64,000 nucleotides of DNA from Oligoflexia bacterium. Lineage in GTDB: Bacteria > Bdellovibrionota > Bdellovibrionia > JABDDW01. Position numbers and translations under genes: made by a program. Where the stretch lies: positions 1 through 64,000 of the forward strand of contig JAYTHU010000031.1 in the NCBI GenBank assembly GCA_043732305.1, in the 5' to 3' direction. This document shows positions 1-10,388 of the stretch, one piece after another; the stretch's first letter is position 1; the number at the start of each line of letters is the position of its first letter. The notes under the pieces were generated by a model. That model was not told the DNA's origin, did no database searches, and saw only the letters and a program-made list of their open reading frames with translations.

Positions 1-81
1 TTGTGGGATCATGGCCCACCAAAGCGTCAACTCAAGTTTTTGACACCATTGAGCCATTTCTGAGCTCGATTTCGGTAACAT
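1..81 (-). CDS. Partial hypothetical phage protein (MLPKSSSEMAQWCQKLELTLWWAMIPQ...), runs off the window
   Basis: ATG at 81 immediately follows the TAG of the upstream small ORF; frame is open to the edge; not in the ORF track. Confidence 0.35.
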   Translation of the reverse strand, partial: MLPKSSSEMAQWCQKLELTLWWAMIPQ

Positions 82-189
82 CTATCGTGATTCAATTCGC
101 GCTCCTTTGGCCCAAAAGAAAGCCATGGTTGTTGTTATAAAAAGTGAAATGAAAAGAATCCCGAACCATCCGTTAATCTCAGCCCACAT
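82..189 (-). CDS. 35-aa single-TM peptide (MWAEINGWFGILFISLFITTTMAFFWAKGARIESR)
   Basis: Read manually; start overlaps the VRR-NUC 3' end, stop abuts the next ATG; hydrophobic core. Confidence 0.45.
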   Translation of the reverse strand: MWAEINGWFGILFISLFITTTMAFFWAKGARIESR

Positions 190-520
190 TGAGAGCCTCC
201 GCGACTTCGTCGATGGACCTTGCGACAATGGCAATGCCACCGGCCTGTTTGAAATTTTCCAGAAATTGTTTTTGAACTTCGGACACGCGGCCGGTTTTTG
301 ATTTCACTTCAATGGCCACAGGACGCCCAAGGTGGACTCCGAGGATGTCGGACACGCCGTTGACATGGTGCCTTGATTGCTTTCGCCTGAAGACCCCTTT
401 GCGGACGTCGTAGACACCTGTCGAATCGTTTGGCCAAGCGAAAATGTTATGAAGTCGCAACCAATCCAAAATACTGTTCTTTATTTGCTGCTCTGGGCCA
501 AGTTTTTTCTGTCTGGTCAT
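179..520 (-). CDS. VRR-NUC domain nuclease (phage type)
   Basis: EQQIK...GVSDILG...AIEVKSKTGRVSEVQKQF...GGIAIVARSIDE matches the PD-(D/E)xK VRR-NUC pattern. Confidence 0.85.
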   Translation of the reverse strand: MTRQKKLGPEQQIKNSILDWLRLHNIFAWPNDSTGVYDVRKGVFRRKQSRHHVNGVSDILGVHLGRPVAIEVKSKTGRVSEVQKQFLENFKQAGGIAIVARSIDEVAEALNVG

Positions 521-1209
521 GTGACTTTGCTCATTTTGACAATTTTTGGAATGAATATTTTGTTTTTCTCAAAATCAGTCAAAGAGTTTATAATTGTGGC
601 AGCACAACCTGCTGGATCTTTCCAAATATCTGAACCTGTAAATCGGTAAACCCTATAGCCGAGTTCTTGAAGATAAATATCTCTTTTCTTATCTCTACTA
701 GCTTGCTCTTTGGTTTTTTCATGGAAGTCATGCCCGTCACACTCAACAATAAGCTCCCTGATTTCAAGGGTGTTTCCGGAAATGTTTTCTTCATCAGGTA
801 TATGACAAGAATATCTTATTAAAAAATCGACTTTATATTTTCCAATTGGCTTTTGCGTCTCGATAGTTAGTCTGTCGTAAGATTCTGTCCAATCCCCATA
901 ATGTAAAACTTTTCCCTCACCAAAATTCACAATATAGTGTTGCTGCTGAACATGAAGCCTGGCCATGGTAACTATCGAAACAAAGAGTGCTTTTTCAATC
1001 GGAGATTCAATTTTTTTTAAAACCCCCTCCATGCACCATAGAAACTGACTCAAGACCTCTTGCATCGAAAGCATAAGAGCAATATCAATAAACTCGTCGT
1101 GCAGGTCCAGAATGCGTTGAGTGTCGGTGCCTATGTGGCTCTCGGAGAACAATTCGTCGCGTTTGAATGATTTTTCAATTTGTGATTTCCAGTTACTTTC
1201 TTTAGTCAT
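517..1209 (-). CDS. DUF559/Vsr-like endonuclease domain protein
   Basis: ESPIE...YKVDF...IVECDGHDFH...RDKKRD..LQELGYRVYRFTGSDI. Confidence 0.8.
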   Translation of the reverse strand: MTKESNWKSQIEKSFKRDELFSESHIGTDTQRILDLHDEFIDIALMLSMQEVLSQFLWCMEGVLKKIESPIEKALFVSIVTMARLHVQQQHYIVNFGEGKVLHYGDWTESYDRLTIETQKPIGKYKVDFLIRYSCHIPDEENISGNTLEIRELIVECDGHDFHEKTKEQASRDKKRDIYLQELGYRVYRFTGSDIWKDPAGCAATIINSLTDFEKNKIFIPKIVKMSKVT

Positions 1210-2320
1210 GCCGCACCCGGCCCTTGCTCATTACTGTCGACGGGTTTGGCCACACTTCTGATCAGGCTCCGCAATTCTTGGGGGTCCATAGTTCTAACTT
1301 CTTTGTCTGGCTGTTTTGGCGTCGACAGATAAATAGGTTTTGATTTGGGTAGAGTTAAGGTCCCGGCGTCTTCGTCTTGCCAGGTTGAAATGTTGTTCAT
1401 GAATGTTGAAAACAGAAGGATGAACTTCTTCTCCCTTCTCTCTTTAATTATGAATTGAATGTATCGATCGATAGCCCCCGACACGTTTTGATATTCTTCC
1501 TCGGTCTTAACCGTGGCCCTAAGCGTTGCTAAGCCTTTGTCTTTTCCTTCCTTGCGAGGATATTTTTTGTACAAAGCTGCAAAATCAAATTTGGAAGATT
1601 TATCTTTATCTTTCTCTTTATCTTTATCTTCTTCTTTATCTTAGCTCCTTGTAAGAGCTTAAAGGCCCCATTTAAGGTTCTTAAATGGTCTATTTTGTCT
1701 CTTAATGAGATTGATATCTTTTCATGTAGGGAGTGTTTGGTAAGAAATGTTTCCACATGCTTGTCTGTCTTCCTCCCGTTGCACGAGACGCAAGCGGTTG
1801 TTAGGTTGTGGTCATCGTTTTGACCTCCGTTGTTTCTTGGCACTATGTGATCAACAACCAGTGAATGCTCGTCTCCAGGCTGCCCACAATAAGTGCATTT
1901 GAAGTAATCTAGAGCTAAGATTTCTAGTTTCTTCTTCTGGGAAAGACGAGCCATCACCGCGCTTGGTTCGTCACTTAGCCCTGACTGAGGAACAATATGA
2001 ATGTCTAATTTTTTTAACTTACTTAAAACGGAAGCGTGAACAGAGTTATTGTCCCTCAATTTGCCGTATTGGAATTCTACAAAGCTCGGTATTATTGCCT
2101 TATTTTCACGGACAAGAATCTTCTCTTTAAACGAATCTTCAATTTCTTTTAATGTAACGACCTCTCCTATCTGGAACCCAAGAAGTTTGACGTTGATATC
2201 CCAAACCCCCGCATAGTCGCAGTTGTCGCAAAGGTAGATCCACACCAGTTTCATTTTTATTGAAAGTTCCGAAAAACTTCCCTTTGCCCACTTGCCTGTG
2301 TCTGTAAACCTTTTGGCCAT
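1206..2320 (-). pseudogene. Phage replication-initiator-like protein with internal HNH domain, split by a 1-nt frameshift at ~1642 (ORFs 1529..2320 and 1206..1574)
   Basis: N-term MAKRFTDTGKW...WIYLCDNCDYAGVW; HNH CTYCG..DHIVP..GG...NLTTACVSCNGRK; adding one A at GCT-AA-GAT restores a KDKEEDKDKEKDKDK linker in frame with FAALYKKYPRKEGK. Confidence 0.65.
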
Positions 2321-2546
2321 TATTCCCCCGGTTGTTTTGATGATGTTTTTTGTTTTAAGATTAAAAGGGGCGCGGGAAAACACGAGCCGAAGGCAAAGAA
2401 GCGGAAGAAGTGAATGTACCGGATTTGTACCAAACCCATTGTCTGGAAGTGCCCTATATTGTCCATTAGAGTCCACCAGAGGGTATGAAAAAGGAAGAAG
2501 CGAGTTTAGATTTTTATTAGTAGTTTCGGTAGGTTGGGTGTGAAGT

Positions 2547-2623
<77 letters not shown>

Positions 2624-2687
2624 ACAGATGTTGCTTGGTCTTGAAACACATAATTAGACCATGGGGATCCGGGCGTCAATAATATAA

Positions 2688-4355
2688 TTAGTAACTTGCT
2701 GCCCCGCCCTCGCCACGATAATCAAAAGCCCCTTCGAGCACATGAGTTTTTTCATTAAGCCTGATCATGTAAAGTCGGGCTGTCGCTCCTGCCTCAAGCT
2801 CAAAACCTTTTGAAATCAGGCCCTCAGAAATCGTGGGACTCAGAGTCTTATCATGAGTGATTTTGTCTGGATTCCATTGATGATGCACACGCGGCGCTTG
2901 CATGATTTCCTCTAGTGTAAAGTCGGTTTCAAGCGCGTGATACAGTCCCTGATATACCGCATTGATAATTCGTGGACCACCGGGCGCACCCAGCGCCATA
3001 TAAAGTTGCGAATTTTTTTCGACAATCGTTGGAGTCATGCTGCTTAACGGAGTTTTTCCAGGAGCAACCGTATTGAGTTCCGACTGAACAAGCCCAAAAA
3101 CATTTGCCTTGCCAGGGTTAGTCGTAAAATCATCCATTTGATTATTGAGATTGATCCCAAATTTATCCGTGAAAATTCCAGAACCAAATTCAGTATTCAC
3201 GGTGACCGTGGCAGTCACCGCATTTCCGTCTGAATCACTCACGTCAAAATGGGTGGTGTTCTCACCTTCGTGAATTTCGAATTCTGCTTTTTTGATTTCA
3301 GATTTCTTTTTTCGATCAATAGACTTTGACCACTTTGCGACCCGCTCATCGGAAAAAATTTGCTCGATATTGAGTTTTGAAAACCCGGGATCAGCAATAT
3401 ACTGACGATCGAAAAAAGCTCGACGCATGATTTCCGCCATCAAGAAATATTCCTGAGTGCTGTAAGCCGGAGTTTTCTGCAATTCAATTTTCTCAGATTG
3501 TTTCAATTCAGAAAGGAGCAACGCTCCCCCACTACTTGGTGGAGGCATTGTGAAAACATCAACCCCTAAGACGTGAGATTTGAGCGGTTCAAGCCAACGA
3601 GCTTGGTAATTTTTTAGATCAGCCAACGTCAAAATGCCTTTTTGTTTATCGGTAGAATCAACAATGTCTTTTGCGATTTCTCCTTCGTAAAAACCCTTGG
3701 CTCCCCGAGCTTGAATGATCTTTAGTGCGGCGGCAACCTTATGTTGCACAATTTTATCGCCGATTTTTAAAGTCGCAGGAAAGATAGATTTTCCACTTCC
3801 AGATATTATTTTTTGATTTTCATTCACAAATCGGACAAATTCTTCAGTCAGCACAAAGCCCTTTTGTGCAAGTTTTAGTGCTGGCTCCAAATCTTCTCGC
3901 CAGGTTTTCTTTCCATATTTTTTATGAAGTTCATAAAAACCCATGACGTTTCCGGGAATTCCAACAGCAAGTCCACCTACCGTAGAAGCATCTGCAGCAG
4001 CATTTAAAAACATTTCGCGAGAAGATTTTGCAGCAGCTTTTTCGCGAAAATCGAGAGCCGTGACTTTTCCATTGAGTCTCAAAAGCAGAAATCCGCCGCC
4101 GCCAAGGCTTGCGTAATAAGGTCTGGTAACCGCCAAAACAAATTCAGTGGCAACAGCAGCATCCACAACATTTCCGCCACTCTTCATTATTTCAATACCT
4201 GCTTGAGACGCTAAGTCTGAAGCACTCACAATGACGGCATGTCTTCCGAATGTTGGCCTCGCTTGACCAGTACTTGTAATGATGAGGCTTAGGCAAAATA
4301 AGCCAAACCAAACACTGATTAAGACATTTCCGGGATCACGCATTTGCAGATTCAT
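2688..4355 (-). CDS. ggt: Gamma-glutamyltransferase with signal peptide
   Basis: GGNVVDAAVA, SLGGGGF, DFREKA, autoprocessing NTTHF, NNQMDDF, PLSSMTP, GAPGG. Confidence 0.95.
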   Translation of the reverse strand: MNLQMRDPGNVLISVWFGLFCLSLIITSTGQARPTFGRHAVIVSASDLASQAGIEIMKSGGNVVDAAVATEFVLAVTRPYYASLGGGGFLLLRLNGKVTALDFREKAAAKSSREMFLNAAADASTVGGLAVGIPGNVMGFYELHKKYGKKTWREDLEPALKLAQKGFVLTEEFVRFVNENQKIISGSGKSIFPATLKIGDKIVQHKVAAALKIIQARGAKGFYEGEIAKDIVDSTDKQKGILTLADLKNYQARWLEPLKSHVLGVDVFTMPPPSSGGALLLSELKQSEKIELQKTPAYSTQEYFLMAEIMRRAFFDRQYIADPGFSKLNIEQIFSDERVAKWSKSIDRKKKSEIKKAEFEIHEGENTTHFDVSDSDGNAVTATVTVNTEFGSGIFTDKFGINLNNQMDDFTTNPGKANVFGLVQSELNTVAPGKTPLSSMTPTIVEKNSQLYMALGAPGGPRIINAVYQGLYHALETDFTLEEIMQAPRVHHQWNPDKITHDKTLSPTISEGLISKGFELEAGATARLYMIRLNEKTHVLEGAFDYRGEGGAASY

Positions 4356-5605
4356 TTTAAAACCTCGTTTAATTTTTTATGATCCAAATCCTTTTCCCAC
4401 TTCGAAATGAGGACGGTAGCCACGCCGTTACCAATCATGTTGGTGATAGCTCGAGCTTCAGACATAAATCGATCTACACCCAAGATCAATGCGAGGCCCG
4501 CCACGGGAACTTCAGGAACAACCGTGAGAGTAGCAGCCAAAGTTATAAATCCTGCCCCAGTGACTCCGGAGGCACCCTTACTCGTGAGTACAGCCACAAG
4601 TAGAATACTGAGTTGTTGTTTGAGACTGAGATCGATGTTGAGCGCTTGAGTAATGAACAATGCGGCCATCGTGAGATAAATGTTTGTGCCATCTAAATTG
4701 AATGAGTAACCAGACGGAATCACGAGACCAACAATGGATTTTGAACAACCGGCTTTTTCCATTTTTTGCATCAGTGGGACGAGTGCACTTTCTGATGATG
4801 ATGTCCCAAGAACCAAAAGAATTTCTTCTTTGATATAGAATAAAAATTTAAAAATATTAAATCGACAGTAAACTCCCACGAGTCCTAGAAATGCAAAAAC
4901 GAAAATCACACAGGTTAGGTAAAAACATCCCATCAAAGATGCTAGTGGCGCAAGCGCGTGAAGCCCGTATTTTCCAATGGTGAAAGCCATGGCCCCGCCG
5001 GCACCAAGTGGCGCAAGCATCATGACGGTTTTCATCATCGCAAATAAAACTGCAGAAAGTTTTTCGATCAGATCGTGAACTGTTTTTCCGGACTCACCAA
5101 TCTTATTCATCGCATAACCAAAGAGAACGGCAAGAAGCAAAACTTGTAAAAGATCGCCTGATCCGGTGAACGCTTCAACAAAAGTTTTTGGAACTATGTG
5201 AGCAACAATACCGACAAGACTATTTCCATATCCACCGGCCACATTCGCTTTTTGAGTGTACTGAGAAACAGCGGTTGCATCGAGGGTCAGTGGATTCACA
5301 TTGAAGCCTTTGCCTGGCTTCAACACGTTTGCAATCAAGAGCCCAAGCGCAAGAGCGATTGTCGAGAGCACTTCAAAATACAGAAGTGTTTTCAGACCAA
5401 CTCGACCAACTTTTTTCATGTCGCCCGCGCCAGAAATTCCCAAAACCACGGTACAGAAGATGAGTGGAGCAATCAGCATTTTGATCAGAGAGATAAAAGT
5501 ATCTCCCAAAACTTTCAGCTGCACACCCACGTCTGGTGCAAAAAACCCAATGAGCGCGCCGGTTGCAATGCCAATGAGTACCCATAAATAAAGATGTTTA
5601 GTCAT
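4352..5605 (-). CDS. dctA: C4-dicarboxylate:cation symporter
   Basis: FISLIKMLIAP, GTSSSESAL, GYSFNLDGT, SKGASGVTGAGF, DRFMSEAR; start taken at MTKHLY. Confidence 0.93.
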   Translation of the reverse strand: MTKHLYLWVLIGIATGALIGFFAPDVGVQLKVLGDTFISLIKMLIAPLIFCTVVLGISGAGDMKKVGRVGLKTLLYFEVLSTIALALGLLIANVLKPGKGFNVNPLTLDATAVSQYTQKANVAGGYGNSLVGIVAHIVPKTFVEAFTGSGDLLQVLLLAVLFGYAMNKIGESGKTVHDLIEKLSAVLFAMMKTVMMLAPLGAGGAMAFTIGKYGLHALAPLASLMGCFYLTCVIFVFAFLGLVGVYCRFNIFKFLFYIKEEILLVLGTSSSESALVPLMQKMEKAGCSKSIVGLVIPSGYSFNLDGTNIYLTMAALFITQALNIDLSLKQQLSILLVAVLTSKGASGVTGAGFITLAATLTVVPEVPVAGLALILGVDRFMSEARAITNMIGNGVATVLISKWEKDLDHKKLNEVLK

Positions 5606-6434
5606 TTGATTTTTGACTGCGACCACAAACTTGAGGAGCCCGGAAAAATCTTTTTTGTGATTTCACTGTGAGGCAAAGATCATCTTGAGCACAACCGGCC
5701 ACCGGCAATGATTCAGTGGGAATCAGACGCGGCGGTTGTTTACCTTTTGGAATCGGAACAATAGACCAAGTCCCTTTGGTGGTGACCTTGAGCCACACAC
5801 CTTCAATATCTAAACTTTTAAATATGTCATTGCCCGAAATAAACCAAGGGCCATCATCCATGGGCAGCGCCCAGGATTTAAATGGTACACCTTTTTTATT
5901 TACTTCATTCAGAGTGAGAACTTCTAGCCCCGAGTGATGAAGCTTAAATTTCTTGAGCTTGCCATTGGTGGTCAAAATAGAAATACTTTTTCCACCCTCT
6001 ATTTGTGAGGCAAACACCTGATGAATTCGTCCCTGACACGTGGATTTACAATTATTGTAAACAATTTGATTTTGGTCTGCAAAACTTGGATCGATCATAA
6101 GCGAAAGTGGAAGACCGTTCTTTTTTCTCCACTCTTGAACTGTGAGAGCAAATTGCTTACGGTTACCCTGACGCAACAAATGATCATTTACAGTTGTGCC
6201 AAGATCTTTTCTGAACGTCATGTATTCTTTTTGAGGCTGACAAGTTTTTGGGATCACGGGATCAGGAGAAGGCGCCACCACGACGGCGGGTTGCGTGGGC
6301 GGGACAGCAACAACCACTACCGAAGGAGCGGGCGTAGCTGTCAATTCTTTTTTCATTTTTTTTGCGTAAAATGCGGACATAACGAGTAGCGCCACAAGTA
6401 AGATCAAAGAAACTAGCGAGGCATTGCGCTTCAT
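5598..6434 (-). CDS. Hypothetical N-terminally anchored/exported protein with Pro/Val linker and Cys pairs
   Basis: 278-aa ORF overlapping scpB stop and dctA start; N-terminal hydrophobic helix. Confidence 0.7.
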   Translation of the reverse strand: MKRNASLVSLILLVALLVMSAFYAKKMKKELTATPAPSVVVVAVPPTQPAVVVAPSPDPVIPKTCQPQKEYMTFRKDLGTTVNDHLLRQGNRKQFALTVQEWRKKNGLPLSLMIDPSFADQNQIVYNNCKSTCQGRIHQVFASQIEGGKSISILTTNGKLKKFKLHHSGLEVLTLNEVNKKGVPFKSWALPMDDGPWFISGNDIFKSLDIEGVWLKVTTKGTWSIVPIPKGKQPPRLIPTESLPVAGCAQDDLCLTVKSQKRFFRAPQVCGRSQKSND

Positions 6435-7474
6435 TCTATACGCGCGGCCATGCGAGCGTCAAACTTAGTGAGCCATCTGTCTTCTTCGGCGGGAATAGTT
6501 TCGCCCACAATTTTTCTTTCACGCAAATCCTGAGCACGCTCAGCTTCTTTGCGTTCACGTTCGCGAATTTTTTCTTTTTCGAAAAATTCCGTTGTGGTAG
6601 TGATTGTTCCCAGTTCTTCAGTGATGGAGAGGAGTTCATTTTCGCTATCGGAATATGATTTTCCAGACGGAAGACCAATCTTATCACTCAATGTTCCAAG
6701 AGTTTCTGATTCTAAACCCGTGACATCACTGTTTTCTCCGATGCCTTCAGGAATGAGCTCGTCAATTTCACTAAGTGTAGGAAGTTCGCGAATATTTCTG
6801 AGACCAAAAAGTTCCAAAAATTTTCGACTGGTTCCGTAGAGCATGGGCTTTCCAGGCAAATCTGATTTTCCAGTAAATTTAATGAGATCTTTTTCCATCA
6901 GAGCGCGAACCAAATGTCCAGATTCAACTCCGCGAATTTGATCAACTTCAGCTTTCACAACGGGTTGCTTGTAAGCAACGACGCTCAAAACCTCAAGCGC
7001 AGGGCCTGATAGTTTAAACGGACGAGCCTTCACCATGCGTTTGATCCAAGGAGAATTATCCATCTTTGTTCTCAGCTGAAATCCACCGGCCACTTCTTCT
7101 AAAGTGATCCCACGATTTCCCCCTGCATATTCGGTTTGCAAAAGATCGAGAACATTTTTAACTCGGTCAGTGTCTACGTTTGTTCCGTAAAAAAGTGCCG
7201 CAATAGTTTTCACACTCATAGGATGCGGAGAAGAAAACAACACGCTTTCCACAATAGATTGAGTTTCTATCGTGGTAAGTTCAGAAGGTAAAATTTCTTC
7301 CACTAATTCAAGAGCAGGATTGCTTAAATTTGCAGTTCTCGTCTCTTCGCTGACTTCAACAAGTTCAGCGCTTTCTTCCGGAATATCCATAGCCATTTCC
7401 AGATCCATCTCTTCTGTTAGACCTAAACCGATTTCTTGATTTTCAGTATTTTCTAAATTTTCCATTTCGCTCAT
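6431..7474 (-). CDS. scpB: SMC-Scp complex subunit ScpB with acidic extensions
   Basis: EVAGGFQLRT, LSGPALEVLSVVAYKQP, IRGVES, GKPMLYGTS..FLELFGL. Confidence 0.93.
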   Translation of the reverse strand: MSEMENLENTENQEIGLGLTEEMDLEMAMDIPEESAELVEVSEETRTANLSNPALELVEEILPSELTTIETQSIVESVLFSSPHPMSVKTIAALFYGTNVDTDRVKNVLDLLQTEYAGGNRGITLEEVAGGFQLRTKMDNSPWIKRMVKARPFKLSGPALEVLSVVAYKQPVVKAEVDQIRGVESGHLVRALMEKDLIKFTGKSDLPGKPMLYGTSRKFLELFGLRNIRELPTLSEIDELIPEGIGENSDVTGLESETLGTLSDKIGLPSGKSYSDSENELLSITEELGTITTTTEFFEKEKIRERERKEAERAQDLRERKIVGETIPAEEDRWLTKFDARMAARIE

Positions 7475-8523
7475 TCTATTTCTCCTGATTCAACGGCCAA
7501 AACTTCAGCGTCATTTTCTAAAGAAGCTAAATCCAATTGAGATTCCACTGACTCTTGAATACTTTCAGTTTCTAAATCTGCTTTTGCTTCCACCATAATT
7601 TTGTTGGCGGTGATCTCAGCATCCAAATTGTCGAATTCCTGAACGCGTCTGACAATGTCATCCGTGCTCACAAGCTTAACAGTATCGATGTAAATGGGCG
7701 CAAGTGGTTCGGTCTGAAATATTCTCGTATAACCTAAGCGCGAAAGTTCAAGCAAACTCAAAAACGTGATCATGAGTTCGGTTCTAGTGAACTCTGCGTT
7801 TAGTAAATCTCTGAACTCAATTCTCTGACCAACAACCAATCTGTCTTTAATCTCCAGAAGTCTCGCAGCAATACTAAGACCTTTGTTATTGACCGTGTGA
7901 ACAGTCGCAACCACTTCTTTTTGCAATTGGCGGAAAGCAGAAATAAGTCCAAAGAGACCTTTGTCGTCCACAATAATTTCATCATCACCACTGGCAACAA
8001 TGTTTTCACGAGATCCTCTGAGCCAAATGTCCCGGCCCAGCAAAGGACGTTTATAAAGTTGTCTCCCCGCTTCTTGATATTTTTGATACTCAAGAAGTTT
8101 TTGAACGAGTTCCTTGCGAGGATCCACAGCAATCTCTTCGCCGTTTTCTCCGTAGCTCGGAACCAACATGCGACTCTTGATGTAGATGAGAGTTGCGGCC
8201 ATGGCCACAAATTCGCCAGCCACTTCCAGATTCAATTCCTTCATGATCTGGATATATTCGAGATATTGCTTGGTGATGGTGTGAACCGGAATATCGTAAA
8301 TGTCTAATTCGTCTTTTTTGATGAGATATAAAAGTAGAGAAAGCGGTCCTTCAAAAGTATCAAGTTGGACATTCAGCGGCATGATTGAAGCAAAGCCCGC
8401 GAGTACTGGCGAAGTTTCAGCCGTGGTGAGAGCTGTGGCCAATTGATTGCTTGTGTGTCCAAGCTGAGTGAGTCCCGCCGAAACGGAGCCCATTCCCCTT
8501 GTAGGTGTGGCGACTGAATCCAA
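7471..8523 (-). CDS. scpA: Segregation/condensation protein ScpA (start may be the internal MPLNV)
   Basis: FEGPLSLLLYLI...DIYDIP, AATLIYIKSRML, DPRKELV, FLSLLEL. Confidence 0.93.
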   Translation of the reverse strand: MDSVATPTRGMGSVSAGLTQLGHTSNQLATALTTAETSPVLAGFASIMPLNVQLDTFEGPLSLLLYLIKKDELDIYDIPVHTITKQYLEYIQIMKELNLEVAGEFVAMAATLIYIKSRMLVPSYGENGEEIAVDPRKELVQKLLEYQKYQEAGRQLYKRPLLGRDIWLRGSRENIVASGDDEIIVDDKGLFGLISAFRQLQKEVVATVHTVNNKGLSIAARLLEIKDRLVVGQRIEFRDLLNAEFTRTELMITFLSLLELSRLGYTRIFQTEPLAPIYIDTVKLVSTDDIVRRVQEFDNLDAEITANKIMVEAKADLETESIQESVESQLDLASLENDAEVLAVESGEIE

Positions 8524-9573
8524 TTACTTTCCCCTTGTGTTACTGATTCCCATGGAGCCTTTGACCATCTTCATAGTCTCTGCGGCTTCCGCTTTTGCCC
8601 GAGAGCATCCATCGCCAATGATTTCATCAAGCTCTACTGGATTATTCAAGAGACTTTTTTTCTTTTCGAGAGGTTCTTTCATAAATTGATTGATATTGGC
8701 CGCTAATTTCAACTTGCAATCGCCGCAACCAATGGCCGCAATCCGGCAATCTCGGTCGATCTCGGCTCGTTCTTGATCATTGGAAAATAGTTTGTGAAAC
8801 GAAAAAACGGGACAAACATCAGGGTTTCCGGGATCGTCACGTCTGACGCGCGCAGGGTCGGTCACCATCTTTTTAGTGATGGTAAAGACTTCTGCAGGCT
8901 CTGCAAGCAGCGGCATAGTGTTGTTATAGCTCTTGCTCATCTTTCGGCCGTCGAGACCAGGCAGCACCGGTGTTGAGGTCAACATGGCTTCAGGCTCAGG
9001 AAGTTTTCCTTTGTAGAGAAAATTAAATCTTCTTACAATTTCGCGGGCAAGCTCCAAATGCGGAACTTGATCTTGCCCCACCGGAACTTTATTTCCTCTG
9101 AAAAGTGCAATATCCGCCGTTTGCAGCACTGGATAGGAATATCTTCCAAGATTGTGTGCGTCTTTGAGCTTCATCTCCTCTATGGAATCTTTCCAGGTCG
9201 TGACACGGTCGAGCCAACCGAGCGGTGTCAGCAGATTGAAAATCTGATTGAGTTCGAGAAGTTCAGGGATTTCACTCTGGATGAAAATCACGGATTTCCG
9301 AGGATCGACACCAAAAGCTATCCACTCGGCAATAATGACGCGATTGAATTTATAAAAATAATCCGGAGTCTTGTAATGATCAGTTAATGCGTGCCAATTC
9401 ATGGCGCCAAAAAAACACTGATAGTTTTTCTGCAGCTCGACCCAATTTTTCAGCGCGCCAAAGTAATTTCCAATATGAAGCTGATTGGTCGTGCGCATTC
9501 CGCTAAGCACTCTTTGCGGTGACTTGATGGGTTTGCCATCGGTTAGGTTTTTAATTTCAGGAGAGGCCGACAT
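8524..9573 (-). CDS. trpS: Tryptophan--tRNA ligase
   Basis: HIGN and KMSKS motifs, YPVLQTADI, VPVGQDQ, Cys-rich C-terminal segment. Confidence 0.96.
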   Translation of the reverse strand: MSASPEIKNLTDGKPIKSPQRVLSGMRTTNQLHIGNYFGALKNWVELQKNYQCFFGAMNWHALTDHYKTPDYFYKFNRVIIAEWIAFGVDPRKSVIFIQSEIPELLELNQIFNLLTPLGWLDRVTTWKDSIEEMKLKDAHNLGRYSYPVLQTADIALFRGNKVPVGQDQVPHLELAREIVRRFNFLYKGKLPEPEAMLTSTPVLPGLDGRKMSKSYNNTMPLLAEPAEVFTITKKMVTDPARVRRDDPGNPDVCPVFSFHKLFSNDQERAEIDRDCRIAAIGCGDCKLKLAANINQFMKEPLEKKKSLLNNPVELDEIIGDGCSRAKAEAAETMKMVKGSMGISNTRGK

Positions 9574-10239
9574 TTACATGACTCCAAAAAGAGTCAGACT
9601 ACTTGAGAGCATGAATTCAGCTGTTTTAATCACAGGAGTAAAAATAATTTTACCGAATCCACCAAAAATAAATAGCGCAATCAGCACGATGCTAAAAACT
9701 GGTTGGAGCTCTTCTAACTTTCGATTCATTTTTTCTGTCAAAAAGATGGCAATAATTTTTCCACCATCGAGTGGATGAATGGGGATTAAATTAAAAAATG
9801 CCAATGACAAATTTATCATGATGAAAGTTTTTGCAAATTCGACAATCGCATGAGAGAAGGTGGCATTCTCAAAAAATCTCAAAGTTCCTGCAAAAATTAG
9901 AGTGCCAATGATCGCCATGATCACGTTTGATGCCGGCCCAGCACTCGCAACCAGCGCCATTCCCGCGCGACGATTTTTGAAGTTTCGATCATTCACCGGC
10001 ACAGGCTTTGCCCATCCAAAAAAAGGCGCACCAGTTGTGATAGCAATAATCGGCAGAATAAATGTTCCTAAAATATCCGCATGTGCGAAAGGATTTATTG
10101 TGAGGCGCCCCATAAGTTTGGCGGTGTTGTCACCAAGCCTCGCTGCGACAAATCCATGAGCGTACTCATGCACTGAAAGGGCAAACAAAAACGGGATGAG
10201 AAACATCCCAACTCTAACGGCGGTATCGGCTATATCCAT
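9574..10239 (-). CDS. Site-2 protease (M50) family membrane protein
   Basis: HEYAH, GWAKPVP, AGPASN, NLIPIHPLDG. Confidence 0.93.
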   Translation of the reverse strand: MDIADTAVRVGMFLIPFLFALSVHEYAHGFVAARLGDNTAKLMGRLTINPFAHADILGTFILPIIAITTGAPFFGWAKPVPVNDRNFKNRRAGMALVASAGPASNVIMAIIGTLIFAGTLRFFENATFSHAIVEFAKTFIMINLSLAFFNLIPIHPLDGGKIIAIFLTEKMNRKLEELQPVFSIVLIALFIFGGFGKIIFTPVIKTAEFMLSSSLTLFGVM

Positions 10240-10388
10240 AGGCTAGAAAATAACACCGGACGTCTGGATTTTGCAATTGTAGATAGTTAATAATTTGGCA
10301 AAATCTTGAGCCGAGCACAGATATAAACAGTGCCGGGCCAGCCCTAGAGCCCGTAATTTTCAGGTTAAAGCTCCTGCTACGCTGAACT

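Larger units (their letters stand above)
1..2546 (-). mobile_element. Right end of a prophage-like element (replication/nuclease module) abutting the tRNA-fMet 3' end; continues off the left edge
   Basis: Tightly packed co-oriented phage-type genes (replication initiator, DUF559, VRR-NUC, tiny ORFs) with overlapping start/stop junctions, directly downstream of a tRNA; no integrase or att duplicate visible in the window. Confidence 0.65.
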
